Below the pieces are notes generated by a model, which was given only the letters and a program-made list of their open reading frames with translations, was not told the origin of the DNA and did no database searches. From a virus (Duplodnaviria; Caudoviricetes): a DNA stretch of 64,000 bases. The stretch lies in the IMG/VR virus record IMGVR_UViG_2585427684_000001, positions 6,736 to 70,735 of that record, one strand, 5' to 3'. Position numbers and translations under genes: made by a program. This document shows positions 1 through 7,749 of the stretch, one piece after another; position 1 is the stretch's first letter, and every line of letters begins with the position of its first letter.

Positions 1-20
1 CTTACTCCAATCGATCTTGC

Positions 21-287
21 TCACAGCTCATACCTCTCATCAATCCAACGCCCAGGCGCCAGAGCGGGTGTAGGTTCGGGTTGGGTTTCGTGCGGGGAGA
101 GCTGGCGCTCGTTGCCGGCCTGCAGCTGGCTGTCGGGGATGCAGCTGATGCCGCCTCGGTTACCGGCTTGGTAAAGCCAGCAAGTCGCGGCGTGCTCATC
201 GTCGTGGAAGACATGAACCCCGTACGGCAAAGGTGCTGCGCTGGCGCCGGTGGCCAGCAGCAGGAGGCAGAGGACAAGGCGGGTCAT
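21..287 (-). CDS. Small secreted phage hypothetical protein
   Basis: Signal-peptide-like N-terminus (MTRLVLCLLLLATGASA); paralog at 48995-49288 has a near-identical C-terminus (..GRWIDERYEL). Confidence 0.7.
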   Translation of the reverse strand: MTRLVLCLLLLATGASAAPLPYGVHVFHDDEHAATCWLYQAGNRGGISCIPDSQLQAGNERQLSPHETQPEPTPALAPGRWIDERYEL

Positions 288-664
288 GATTTGCTCCCGA
301 TCGATGCCGCCGCCTCAACAATGGCCCGCCGGGTGGCGCGGAAAGGATCGTCGCCGTGGTAGATGTCGAACTCACCAAAGCGCTCAGCATCCACAACGGT
401 ATACGGGTCCGTGTCTCCGTCGAACGGCTCAACGATGTGGATCTGGATGCCCAGGCGGTCGCCCCGGCCCATCAGCACGGCCAGGCGCAGTGCGTCGCCA
501 TCGTTGATCAACGGATTCCAGTGAGCACGAACACCCGACTGACCTTTCAAGCGGAAAGGCCACTTTGGATCGCGGCAAGTGCATGGCTCGATCTCAAGCT
601 GTGCGGCCTTGGCGGCCAGCTTGAGCAGTTCAAGATCGCGTTCGTCTACTTCGGACACAGGCAT
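284..664 (-). CDS. Phage hypothetical protein
   Basis: Probable start MPVSEV; WNPLINDGDALRLAV segment typical of phage early proteins; 4-nt overlap with the next gene. Confidence 0.65.
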   Translation of the reverse strand: MPVSEVDERDLELLKLAAKAAQLEIEPCTCRDPKWPFRLKGQSGVRAHWNPLINDGDALRLAVLMGRGDRLGIQIHIVEPFDGDTDPYTVVDAERFGEFDIYHGDDPFRATRRAIVEAAASIGSKS

Positions 665-856
665 TCCTTGGCCGCCATATCGCGGCAGTGAATAGAGGGG
701 AGAGGGGTTAGAAATCGAGAGAGTATTCAGCCTGGTAGGCTTCTTGCGGGGTCTGTCCACGCGCCCAGTTGTATTCCTTCCACAGCTCTGGCATGCCGGG
801 CGTGTGCCCGTGCTTGGCGGCGATAGCCACCAGTTCGGCCCACCACTGCTCCCAAC

Positions 857-1357
857 TCATGGCTGTATCTCAAGGGCCGCACGCACATTCTGTATCAGGA
901 TCCACTCGGCATCGCTTCGGCCCACGCCATCGTCAATGAAGGCCAGCACCTCTCGCAGCAGTGCATCCCTCTTGGCCAGATGGTCACGTAGGGCTGCGGC
1001 CTCATCACTGGCTGCGGCGCGCTCATCCTCGCATTCGCGTAGCTCCTCGCGGCAGAGCAAATAGCGGTCGTCGTCGTTGAACTGCCCTGACCCTACACGC
1101 TCCTTCACTGGCTCGCCGGTGGCGCGCGCTTGAATGGCCGCCCAGGCTGGTTCGTACTCTGGCCAATCGCTCTCGATCACTAGGCACTCGCGCTGCGGAA
1201 GATGCGCCTGGAGGTGAAAGAGCGGTTCAACCAAAGCGCTCCGGTAGGCCACCGGCACTTTCGCCAGATCGCTGCGCTTGACCACGATGTACCGGTCTTC
1301 GCGCTGGAACGGCACGCTGACCATCTCTGTGTTGCTGGATCGGTTTTCTGTGGGCAT
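857..1357 (-). CDS. Phage early hypothetical protein
   Basis: 166-aa ORF collinear with the early operon; N-terminal REDRYIVVKRSDL and C-terminal coiled coil. Confidence 0.65.
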   Translation of the reverse strand: MPTENRSSNTEMVSVPFQREDRYIVVKRSDLAKVPVAYRSALVEPLFHLQAHLPQRECLVIESDWPEYEPAWAAIQARATGEPVKERVGSGQFNDDDRYLLCREELRECEDERAAASDEAAALRDHLAKRDALLREVLAFIDDGVGRSDAEWILIQNVRAALEIQP

Positions 1358-1376
1358 GGGTAACCTCGCCTGGGCG

Positions 1377-2270
1377 TCATAGGGTTTCGAGATAGGCGGC
1401 TATGAAGTGCGCCGCCGCTTCAGCATTGATGGCGTTTCCGTAGGCGCGCAGGCGTCCCACTCGGCTGGGAGCCCCATGAGCCAGCGGGAATGTGCCGGGT
1501 TCAACTGGCCGCCACTTTCCATCCCGGCAGAAGAGCCAGTCAGCATCTGCCCATAGGCCGTTAACCGGGCCGGGCTGCACATTTTGGCTAGACCCTGATT
1601 GGATGGCCGCGGCTTGTCCTTGTTGCCCTGGTCGTACTGGTAGTCCCCGCGGCGACTGTCGATCGCTGTTGGCGTTTGCCAGCCCGCGAATTCCACTTGC
1701 TTCCGAAGCTCTGATCGCCGGCATTCGGGATCGGGTTCGTAGGTATTGCCTCGGCCGTCGCAGGCTTTCGGAGTCGGCCACCCAGTACGTCCGATCCCGG
1801 ATATGCGGCGCACCGACGCCCGCAGACGGGAACGCAACAGCCCCGAAGGCATACGCCAGGGCTTCCACGTCAGCTTGTACAAGGTCGAGCCAAGGCTCTG
1901 CATCCTTGCTTGCAACCTGCTCTCCAAAGACGATTGCAGGCTGGCACTCGCTGATGAGCCAATGGAAGTGCGGCCAGAGGTGCCGCTTGTCATCAAACCC
2001 AGTTCCTGCGCCTGCCGCGCTGAAAGGTTGGCACGGACAGGAACCGGTCCAAACAGGTCCATCATCTGGCCAGCCGGCGCGGCGAAGGGCGTATGACCAA
2101 ACGCCGACGCCGGCGAAGAAGTGGCATTGGTTGTAAGGCTTGAGGTCATCGGGGTGCACATCCTCGATCGAGCGTTCGTCTACGTCGCCTGGCGCGATGT
2201 GGCCGGCAGCAATCAGGTTGCGGAGCCACTGCGCAGCGTATGGGTCGATTTCGTTGTAATACGCAGCCAT
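1377..2270 (-). CDS. DNA cytosine-C5 methyltransferase, large (alpha-like) polypeptide
   Basis: Motif [41 protein letters not shown]; no motif IX in this frame. Confidence 0.92.
   Translation of the reverse strand: MAAYYNEIDPYAAQWLRNLIAAGHIAPGDVDERSIEDVHPDDLKPYNQCHFFAGVGVWSYALRRAGWPDDGPVWTGSCPCQPFSAAGAGTGFDDKRHLWPHFHWLISECQPAIVFGEQVASKDAEPWLDLVQADVEALAYAFGAVAFPSAGVGAPHIRDRTYWVADSESLRRPRQYLRTRSRMPAIRASEASGIRGLANANSDRQSPRGLPVRPGQQGQAAAIQSGSSQNVQPGPVNGLWADADWLFCRDGKWRPVEPGTFPLAHGAPSRVGRLRAYGNAINAEAAAHFIAAYLETL
1400..2065 (-). CDS. Overprinted (+1 frame) probable beta polypeptide of the C5 methyltransferase; start uncertain
   Basis: Open frame nested in the MTase gene; carries motif-IX-like [16 protein letters not shown] and two GW(P/Q)TP..D repeats. 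Confidence 0.7.
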   Translation of the reverse strand: MMDLFGPVPVRANLSARQAQELGLMTSGTSGRTSIGSSASASLQSSLESRLQARMQSLGSTLYKLTWKPWRMPSGLLRSRLRASVRRISGIGRTGWPTPKACDGRGNTYEPDPECRRSELRKQVEFAGWQTPTAIDSRRGDYQYDQGNKDKPRPSNQGLAKMCSPARLTAYGQMLTGSSAGMESGGQLNPAHSRWLMGLPAEWDACAPTETPSMLKRRRTS

Positions 2271-2335
2271 ACGGCTCCTCGCCGGGGAGGCGTTATCGTT
2301 GAATAGGGGAAGGCGCTGGCGGGCAGCGCCATGTT

Positions 2336-2364
2336 TTGCCGAGGGCGTCGATGTTTGATATAAC
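2336..2364 (+). promoter_or_regulatory. Sigma70 promoter of the lipoprotein moron
   Basis: TTGCCG-17-TATAAC with extended -10 TG; equivalent TTGCGG-17-TGTAAT at 50975-51003. Confidence 0.7.
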
Positions 2365-2392
2365 GCCGGACCATTTCACAGGAGGGAACCTC

Positions 2393-2563
2393 ATGAAACG
2401 CACCGTCATCGGCGCAATCCTTGTCGCCGTCACTGCGCTGTCGCTGAGCGGATGCTTTGACTCAGAAGACGAGCAGAAAGCTAAGGCGCAGCAGGAATCC
2501 AGTGACAAGCTCTGGGACATCCCTAAGCCAGATCGGAGCAAGGACAAGGGCTTTACGCCCTGA
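2393..2563 (+). CDS. Small lipoprotein moron (family A)
   Basis: RBS GGAGG, lipobox LSGC, 56 aa, opposite strand to the early operon. Confidence 0.8.
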   Translation: MKRTVIGAILVAVTALSLSGCFDSEDEQKAKAQQESSDKLWDIPKPDRSKDKGFTP

Positions 2564-2581
2564 TTTTTCTGCTGCCATCGA

Positions 2582-2606
2582 CGCCGCCGATATAGGGCGG
2601 CGTTTT
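2582..2606 (+). terminator. Intrinsic terminator after the moron
   Basis: CGCCGCC-loop-GGCGGCG-TTTT. Confidence 0.7.
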
Positions 2607-2637
2607 CGTTTAAGAGCTGGCGGGCAGCGCCGGAGTG

Positions 2638-3261
2638 TCAGGGGCAGTTGTTCGCGCCGCAGTTCTGGCAGTCGTTGAGGAATCGGCCGTCCCAGCTGAT
2701 GAAGCGTCCGCAGCCGTGGCAATTGAGCGGTCGCTCCCAAGGCTTGCGTTGCTTTCGAGGAACCACCAGTTCAATGCCGGTACCTTGCAGGGCCTCTTTG
2801 ATACTCACGTCCCGCTTGTGCACCAGGCGCCTGGCCTTGGCCTCAAGGTAAGAAAGGGGCCAGATCACTGCTTCATCTGGGGTGTTGCCGATCGCTTTGG
2901 CGGCCTCGATGGTGAGGTGGTGCGCCTTCTCGAATCGGAAGGTGTGGCCAATTGGCCACTTGGCCAAGGCAATGTCGTTCCCGTTCCAGTGCCCCCGGAT
3001 CTGAAGGACGACGATGCATCCCGGGCTCAGCTGATTGCGGGCTTCGTCCTGGCTGATGTACTGGTGGTCAACGCCGAGGTGGGCGCGGGAGTCGACGTAA
3101 TCCTTTGGCCACGGGATGTCTGTCTCCCTGTGTCCGCAGGCCTGCTCCTTGGTGAACAGTTCGGCCCGTTCCAGGTCAGTGGTGTAGCCGCCGCCCAGGG
3201 CCCAGAACATGAGGCCGTCACCCGTGTTGCTGCGGCTGTCCTGTAGGTAGAACTGGCTCAT
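2638..3261 (-). CDS. Phage hypothetical protein with C-terminal Zn ribbon
   Basis: CHGC..CQNC at the C-terminus; probable start MSQF. Confidence 0.7.
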   Translation of the reverse strand: MSQFYLQDSRSNTGDGLMFWALGGGYTTDLERAELFTKEQACGHRETDIPWPKDYVDSRAHLGVDHQYISQDEARNQLSPGCIVVLQIRGHWNGNDIALAKWPIGHTFRFEKAHHLTIEAAKAIGNTPDEAVIWPLSYLEAKARRLVHKRDVSIKEALQGTGIELVVPRKQRKPWERPLNCHGCGRFISWDGRFLNDCQNCGANNCP

Positions 3262-3352
3262 GGCTTTCTCCATGCATGCGCCGCCCTCCGTGGCCGGATG
3301 CGGAATGGTGGCAATTGGTCTGTGTATAGTGGTCGTCTGTCACGGCGACATG

Positions 3353-3601
3353 TCACGTTGTGCGAATCAGCTTTTCGAGCTGCTTGTCTGTGAGGCGGTC
3401 GGCGCCGTGGATGAGGCGCGAAATCAGGTCCTGCTCTTCCTCGATCCCCGCGCGGGCCATCGAGCGTTTAAGCGCGTTGTCCGTGTTGTGATAGAGGTCC
3501 GTGACAATGCGGCGTGACAGCAACCGGGCTTCGCGCTCCTCTGCTGTCAGCTTGTCCCGCTCGCGCTGTTCCTGCTTGCGCTGGGTTGGCGACTTCGCCA
3601 T
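3353..3601 (-). CDS. Phage hypothetical protein
   Basis: MAKSPTQRKQEQRERDK basic N-terminus typical of small phage DNA-binding proteins. Confidence 0.7.
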   Translation of the reverse strand: MAKSPTQRKQEQRERDKLTAEEREARLLSRRIVTDLYHNTDNALKRSMARAGIEEEQDLISRLIHGADRLTDKQLEKLIRTT

Positions 3602-3682
3602 TGCTGATACCTCCCAAGCCGCTAGGCGGCAGATTGATGTGCTGCTGGCGCCGACGCTGCTGCACTTTCGTTCGGATGGATC

Positions 3683-3853
3683 TCAAGGGCTGCAGGTCTC
3701 GATTGGCGTTTTCTTTGTCGACTCGGAAGGCATGACCAACAAGAGGCGCCTGTTGCCGCGATACACACCCCAGGGCTTGCCTGTGGACTTCGCCATGGCG
3801 GCCGCATACTTCACGGCCGAGACGGGTTGTGAAATGGTTGCGATCATGGTCAT
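3683..3853 (-). CDS. Small phage hypothetical protein (56 aa, below the ORF-track cutoff)
   Basis: [31 protein letters not shown]..; ATG overlaps the ssb stop (ATGA). Confidence 0.55.
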   Translation of the reverse strand: MTMIATISQPVSAVKYAAAMAKSTGKPWGVYRGNRRLLLVMPSESTKKTPIETCSP

Positions 3854-4347
3854 TCACCTGCGAGGTGGTGCATCGGGGCGAAAGGTATGTCGTCGTCGAA
3901 GCTATCGCTATTCGGTGGTGCTGCCTGCTGGCTCGGCGGCTGTCGCGCCTGGCGCTGTTGCTGAGGTTGCCTGTCAGGCGGATACCCGGCCTGCTGGCCC
4001 TGCGGTCGGCTGCCAAGCATCTGCATCGTGCCGTTGATGTCCACGATGATTTCAGTGGTGTAGCGCTTGATGCCGTCTTTCTCCCACTCGCGGGTTTGCA
4101 GCTTGCCCTCGATGTAGCACTGGGCGCCTTTGCGCAGGTACTCGCCAGCAATCTCGGCGACCTTTCCGAACAGAGACACGCGGTGCCACTCGGTGCGCTC
4201 CACCTTCTGGCCTGAGCGCTTGTCCAGCCATTGCTCGCTGGTTGCCAAGCTGAGGTTGGTGACGGCGTTGCCATTTGGCAGGTACCGCACTTCCGGATCC
4301 TGGCCGCAGGTGCCCACCAGGATGACCTTGTTAACTCCGCGGCTCAT
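3850..4347 (-). CDS. ssb: Single-stranded DNA-binding protein
   Basis: [23 protein letters not shown]; acidic tail DDDIPF. Confidence 0.97.
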   Translation of the reverse strand: MSRGVNKVILVGTCGQDPEVRYLPNGNAVTNLSLATSEQWLDKRSGQKVERTEWHRVSLFGKVAEIAGEYLRKGAQCYIEGKLQTREWEKDGIKRYTTEIIVDINGTMQMLGSRPQGQQAGYPPDRQPQQQRQARQPPSQQAAPPNSDSFDDDIPFAPMHHLAGE

Positions 4348-4682
4348 GACTGCGAGACCGCCGTAGCGATGATGGACAGAAGCACCAGCAGCGAGCCCCA
4401 GCGGGTTGCGCGCTCGCCGTTCGGTTGGGCCTTCACGACGGCAACCACGGGCAGGGTCTTGGCTTCGATAGCGCGCTCCAGGCTTTCCGCATAGCGAACT
4501 GCTTGTGGGTAGCTGGTGTTGCGACCGTATACGCGGTTGTTGGCGGAAGAAACGACGGCCCAGCCTTTACCGCTCTGCGTGACAAAGAAGCGTGACTTGC
4601 TACGGAAGGCCTCGGTGGCCGTGATGACTTCCTGGCGCAAAGCCTCGAGCTGGCCCTGTTTGTTTTGGATGGCTGCTTGCAT
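4344..4682 (-). CDS. Phage hypothetical protein with C-terminal hydrophobic segment
   Basis: Coupled to ssb and the LuxR-like gene by overlaps. Confidence 0.6.
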   Translation of the reverse strand: MQAAIQNKQGQLEALRQEVITATEAFRSKSRFFVTQSGKGWAVVSSANNRVYGRNTSYPQAVRYAESLERAIEAKTLPVVAVVKAQPNGERATRWGSLLVLLSIIATAVSQS

Positions 4683-4701
4683 TGGGGTTGTCCTCAGTTG
4701 G

Positions 4702-5085
4702 TCAGGCGTGAAGTTCCAGGCTTTCAGCCCGGCGAAGTATTCGAACTTGCGCAGTACGACGCTCAGGTGCACGGCGGTCGCGGCGCATCGGATCGTTGTC
4801 GTTGATGACGGAGTGCATGGCTACAAGGCCGGCCAGCACGATGCAGAGCGGGCTGATGATCTGCTGGCGCATGGCCTTGGTGACCGCCTCGATGCGGCGC
4901 CCGGCTTCCAGCTTGAACAGCGCCGCCTCGATACGGTTGGCCACGGTGCCGGGGGTGACCGCCATCTGCCGCGCGATCTCTTTGGTGGTCAGGCCCTGGG
5001 CAACCCAGAGCAGTGCTTCCAGCTCGCGAGGTGCCAGCGTCTTGCCGAGCTGGCCGGTCCATGAGCCGCAGGTGATCGTTTCCAT
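4702..5085 (-). CDS. LuxR-type helix-turn-helix protein
   Basis: LAPRELEALLWVAQGLTTKEIARQMAVTPGTVANRIEAALFKL. Confidence 0.88.
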   Translation of the reverse strand: METITCGSWTGQLGKTLAPRELEALLWVAQGLTTKEIARQMAVTPGTVANRIEAALFKLEAGRRIEAVTKAMRQQIISPLCIVLAGLVAMHSVINDNDPMRRDRRAPERRTAQVRILRRAESLELHA

Positions 5086-5100
5086 GATTGTCCTCAGCAA

Positions 5101-5800
5101 CCGCATTGGTCAGGCGTCAGGCGCAGTGACCAAACTGGGCGTGAAAAGCCAGCCTGGCGTCTGCCAATGCGGTCGTATGTGAAGGGAAGGGGATGCGGGA
5201 TGCATCGGAGATTGATCGGAACACCAGGGCGCTACTCCTGCTTGGTTCCCGCCGCGTTTCTGGTATTGGCCGTCTCGCATATACCGGCTCAGGAGGTTCA
5301 CGGGTCTTTGCGATCCTAGCGCTGCAGCTCGCTTGAGCACGTTCCGATCAATCTCCGATGCAGCCTGCGATGGGGAGCAGGGCATCGGGCCGTCTTTCCG
5401 GCTGTCATGCACCAGAGCCCGGCGGGCCGTGCAGTTGCGCATTACCGAGGATTGCGCAACCTGATGATCTCACCTCGGTTGATTCGGTGATTTCCCGTCT
5501 GGCCCTGTCGCCAAGGCCAGGCAGTGAAATCTCCCGGCCTCGCTACTGGCGTCAGGCCGGGGTGTTGCTTCAGCGGTGATCCCTCTGCGCCAGGGTGGCG
5601 CCGCGTCTGCCGCTGCTGATTGCAGCTCTGCGGTTCGTCGTGGTTGCGGGCGTCGAGCTTCCTCCTCGCGACGTCAAACAGCATCTGTCCGCCGCGGATC
5701 ACAGGTCCTTACAACATGCACGCTACAGCTCTGGGTGCCCTAGCTGATTGGGGCAGGGTGCATGAGGTCCGGCGCCCCTCGATGCCGAAGCTCGGGGCGC
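5101..5800. ncRNA. Candidate structured RNA region in the PL leader
   Basis: Nested inverted repeats, including a perfect 22-bp pair (5201-5222/5341-5362); no convincing CDS. Confidence 0.45.
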
Positions 5801-5920
5801 TAATTCAAAGATTCGTGTTGCCACTCCCGCTTACCGAGGTCGATACAGCCAATCCCAGGGAGCCGCGTGGCTTTGTGGATTCGCTAACGCCTTTCCCGGC
5901 AGGAGCTTGAACAAGTCGAG

Positions 5921-5933
5921 TTGTTAAAGAGCG
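5921..5933 (-). promoter_or_regulatory. boxA (nutL-like antitermination site)
   Basis: Minus strand CGCTCTTTAACAA just downstream of PL. Confidence 0.8.
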
Positions 5934-5979
5934 GTGAGTGCTAACTGCCGCGCCGCCGTGGAAGCGAGCGCTTGAGGTA

Positions 5980-6030
5980 AATTTAGAAAACTAAACAAAA
6001 AGCGTCAAGTACTATTTTAGAAATCTAAAC
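5980..6030 (-). promoter_or_regulatory. PL promoter with two operators
   Basis: TTGACG-17-TAAATT (6008-5980); TTTAG-N4-CTAAAC at 5982-5996 and 6016-6030. Confidence 0.8.
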
Positions 6031-6103
6031 AGCGCAGGCGAGCTTCACCCGCCCTTGTCAAGACTTCCAGCCTTGTAGGACTTCAGCTAATCTGCTGTGG
6101 TAC

Positions 6104-6119
6104 CTGTATGGATGTACAG
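6104..6119. promoter_or_regulatory. LexA (SOS) box
   Basis: CTGTATGGATGTACAG = CTGT-N8-ACAG, upstream of the 6135 gene. Confidence 0.85.
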
Positions 6120-6134
6120 CAATAAGGAGGTCGC

Positions 6135-6449
6135 ATGGCTAGGCAGAAGCAACAACCAGAACGATCAGGGATGTCCGGGCTAGAGCGCCTGGAGCTGAGG
6201 GTTTCCTCGATGATCAATCACCCCATTGCCCAACAGCAGCGATGGGTGACAATTCACCGTCTTGATACCGATGGCGAGCGCGAGTGGGAAGAGCTGATGA
6301 GGGCGCTTTCAGAGACGGACGGTCTTGAAATGGCCTTCAGCGATGAGGACGAGTCGGTGACGCTCCAATGGGAAGCGCTATCAGATGATGACCCAAGAGC
6401 TGAGCACATCGAAGAGTTCACTGCGATGGAAGAGCCGGCACCCTTCTAA
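6135..6449 (+). CDS. DUF1654-like protein
   Basis: RBS AAGGAGG; acidic 104 aa, GLERLELRVSSMINHPIAQQQRWVTIHRLD. Confidence 0.75.
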   Translation: MARQKQQPERSGMSGLERLELRVSSMINHPIAQQQRWVTIHRLDTDGEREWEELMRALSETDGLEMAFSDEDESVTLQWEALSDDDPRAEHIEEFTAMEEPAPF

Positions 6450-6456
6450 GACCGAT

Positions 6457-6474
6457 TGGCCCGCAAGCGGGCCA
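6457..6474. terminator. Hairpin between the convergent DUF1654 and cI genes
   Basis: TGGCCCGC-AA-GCGGGCCA. Confidence 0.55.
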
Positions 6475-6486
6475 TGCTGACTGGAC

Positions 6487-7311
6487 TTATGCCTTCTTGG
6501 CATTCCAGATCAAGAGCACCTTGGCATGGATCGTCACATCGTCGATGCGAGCGGTCTGGTTCTCGTAATGGGGATTATCTGAGATCAGGCGAAAATGATC
6601 TTCGTCAAGGCGCATCATCCGCTTGATGTAGAGCTCCTGATGCCAAGTAATGACGTAGATGCCTTCTCCCACAAACTCATTGACCCCACGATCAACGATG
6701 ACCAGATCCTTGTCGTTTATCGTTCCTTCCATGCTCTGGCCCCAGCCAGTGATCATGGCCAGGGCAGTAGGGGAGGTGTAGGTGACGCCTTTCTCTCGCA
6801 AGGTGTCCTCACGGACTACCAGGTTTCTGACCGCTTCGTTGTAATCCGCAGGGACCTGACCATGCCCCATCGCCGCCCTCACATCGTATTGAGGGATCAG
6901 AATCTCGTCCTGCTTTGGACGGAGATTGGAATACGCTGACGGCAGATACTCCTGGGTAGGAGTTGGGTTGTCGGCTTCGGCTGCAGCGGCCAGCATCACT
7001 TCGCGGGCCTTTTCGGACAGGTTTTTTCCTGCGCGCGATGCGAGCATCTGTGCAACTAGCTCGGCCGTGCTGGACGCAGGTGCTTCCGAATGTGCCGCTA
7101 CGTCGCCTGGGCTCCCAGTCCCATCCGATAGCCACTGGGGCGAGCACTTGAGCACTTTCGCGAGGGCGAGAAGATTTTTGCCCTTGGCACCGTTAGTTCC
7201 GTTGATCCAGAAGCTAACGGTCGCCTTGGACACGCCAGACAGTTTGCTGAGGTCGGTAGAGCTGATGTCCAGCTCTCTCATGCGCCGCACAACGCGATCT
7301 TTGAATTCCAT
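6487..7311 (-). CDS. cI: CI-like repressor (XRE HTH + S24 peptidase)
   Basis: N-terminal HTH; AAMGHG cleavage region; GQSMEGTI Ser and YIKR Lys. Confidence 0.95.
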   Translation of the reverse strand: MEFKDRVVRRMRELDISSTDLSKLSGVSKATVSFWINGTNGAKGKNLLALAKVLKCSPQWLSDGTGSPGDVAAHSEAPASSTAELVAQMLASRAGKNLSEKAREVMLAAAAEADNPTPTQEYLPSAYSNLRPKQDEILIPQYDVRAAMGHGQVPADYNEAVRNLVVREDTLREKGVTYTSPTALAMITGWGQSMEGTINDKDLVIVDRGVNEFVGEGIYVITWHQELYIKRMMRLDEDHFRLISDNPHYENQTARIDDVTIHAKVLLIWNAKKA

Positions 7312-7312
7312 A

Positions 7313-7375
7313 TTTAGGATTCTAAACCTTAGCGAGTTTAGATAACTTGCCTTGTATTGTTAAGAACTCTAAACT
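7313..7375. promoter_or_regulatory. OR region: three operators, PR and candidate PRM
   Basis: TTTAG-gatt-CTAAAC 7313-7327, GTTTAG-ataa-CTTGCC 7336-7351, GTTAAG-aact-CTAAAC 7359-7374; PR TTGCCT-17-TAAACT; minus-strand TAGAAT 7 nt before the cI ATG. Confidence 0.75.
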
Positions 7376-7400
7376 CACCGAGAACATCGGAGAGCCATCA

Positions 7401-7610
7401 ATGACCTTTGACGAAGCCCTGAACCATTTTCGAACCGGCCGCGCCATCGGTGACGCTCTCGGTGTGTCCGGTAGTCGTGTTTCCCAGTGCCGGGCAGCTG
7501 GAGGATTTTCCTATCCAATGCAATGCGTATTGGAGAAGGAGTCAGGAGGCGAGCTCGTCGCTCGGCGCCAGGATGTGCCCGGGACCGGCCCGCTAAAGCA
7601 GGCAGGTTGA
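7401..7610 (+). CDS. cro: Cro-like protein
   Basis: Divergent from cI; AIGDALGVSGSRVSQC HTH; RBS GGAG. Confidence 0.85.
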   Translation: MTFDEALNHFRTGRAIGDALGVSGSRVSQCRAAGGFSYPMQCVLEKESGGELVARRQDVPGTGPLKQAG

Positions 7611-7749
7611 CTGAATACAGTCTGATGTATCGCACAGCGCGCCAGTAGATGGCTGAAACACCTGCGAATCCATCCAGTATTGAGATCGCAGACGAAAAAA
7701 AACCGCCTGGCAGGGCGGCTTTCTCTACAACATTTCAACGGGCTAAAGC

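Larger units (their letters stand above)
2315..2631 (+). repeat. 16-bp direct repeat GCTGGCGGGCAGCGCC flanking the lipoprotein moron
   Basis: Exact copies at 2315-2330 and 2616-2631; third copy at 51250-51265. Confidence 0.85.

Noticed and set aside
5201-5362. 22-bp inverted repeat as a retron a1/a2 pair or a MITE
   Set aside because: No reverse transcriptase in the window, no target-site duplication and no second copy
5110-5910. ORFs of 70-110 aa in the PL leader as an N-like antiterminator
   Set aside because: No RBS or arginine-rich motif recognised; the region is better explained by RNA structure, though a very small gene cannot be excluded
7622-7677. Two CTG-N10-CAG sequences downstream of cro
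   Set aside because: Poor match to CTGT-N8-ACAG and not next to an evident promoter
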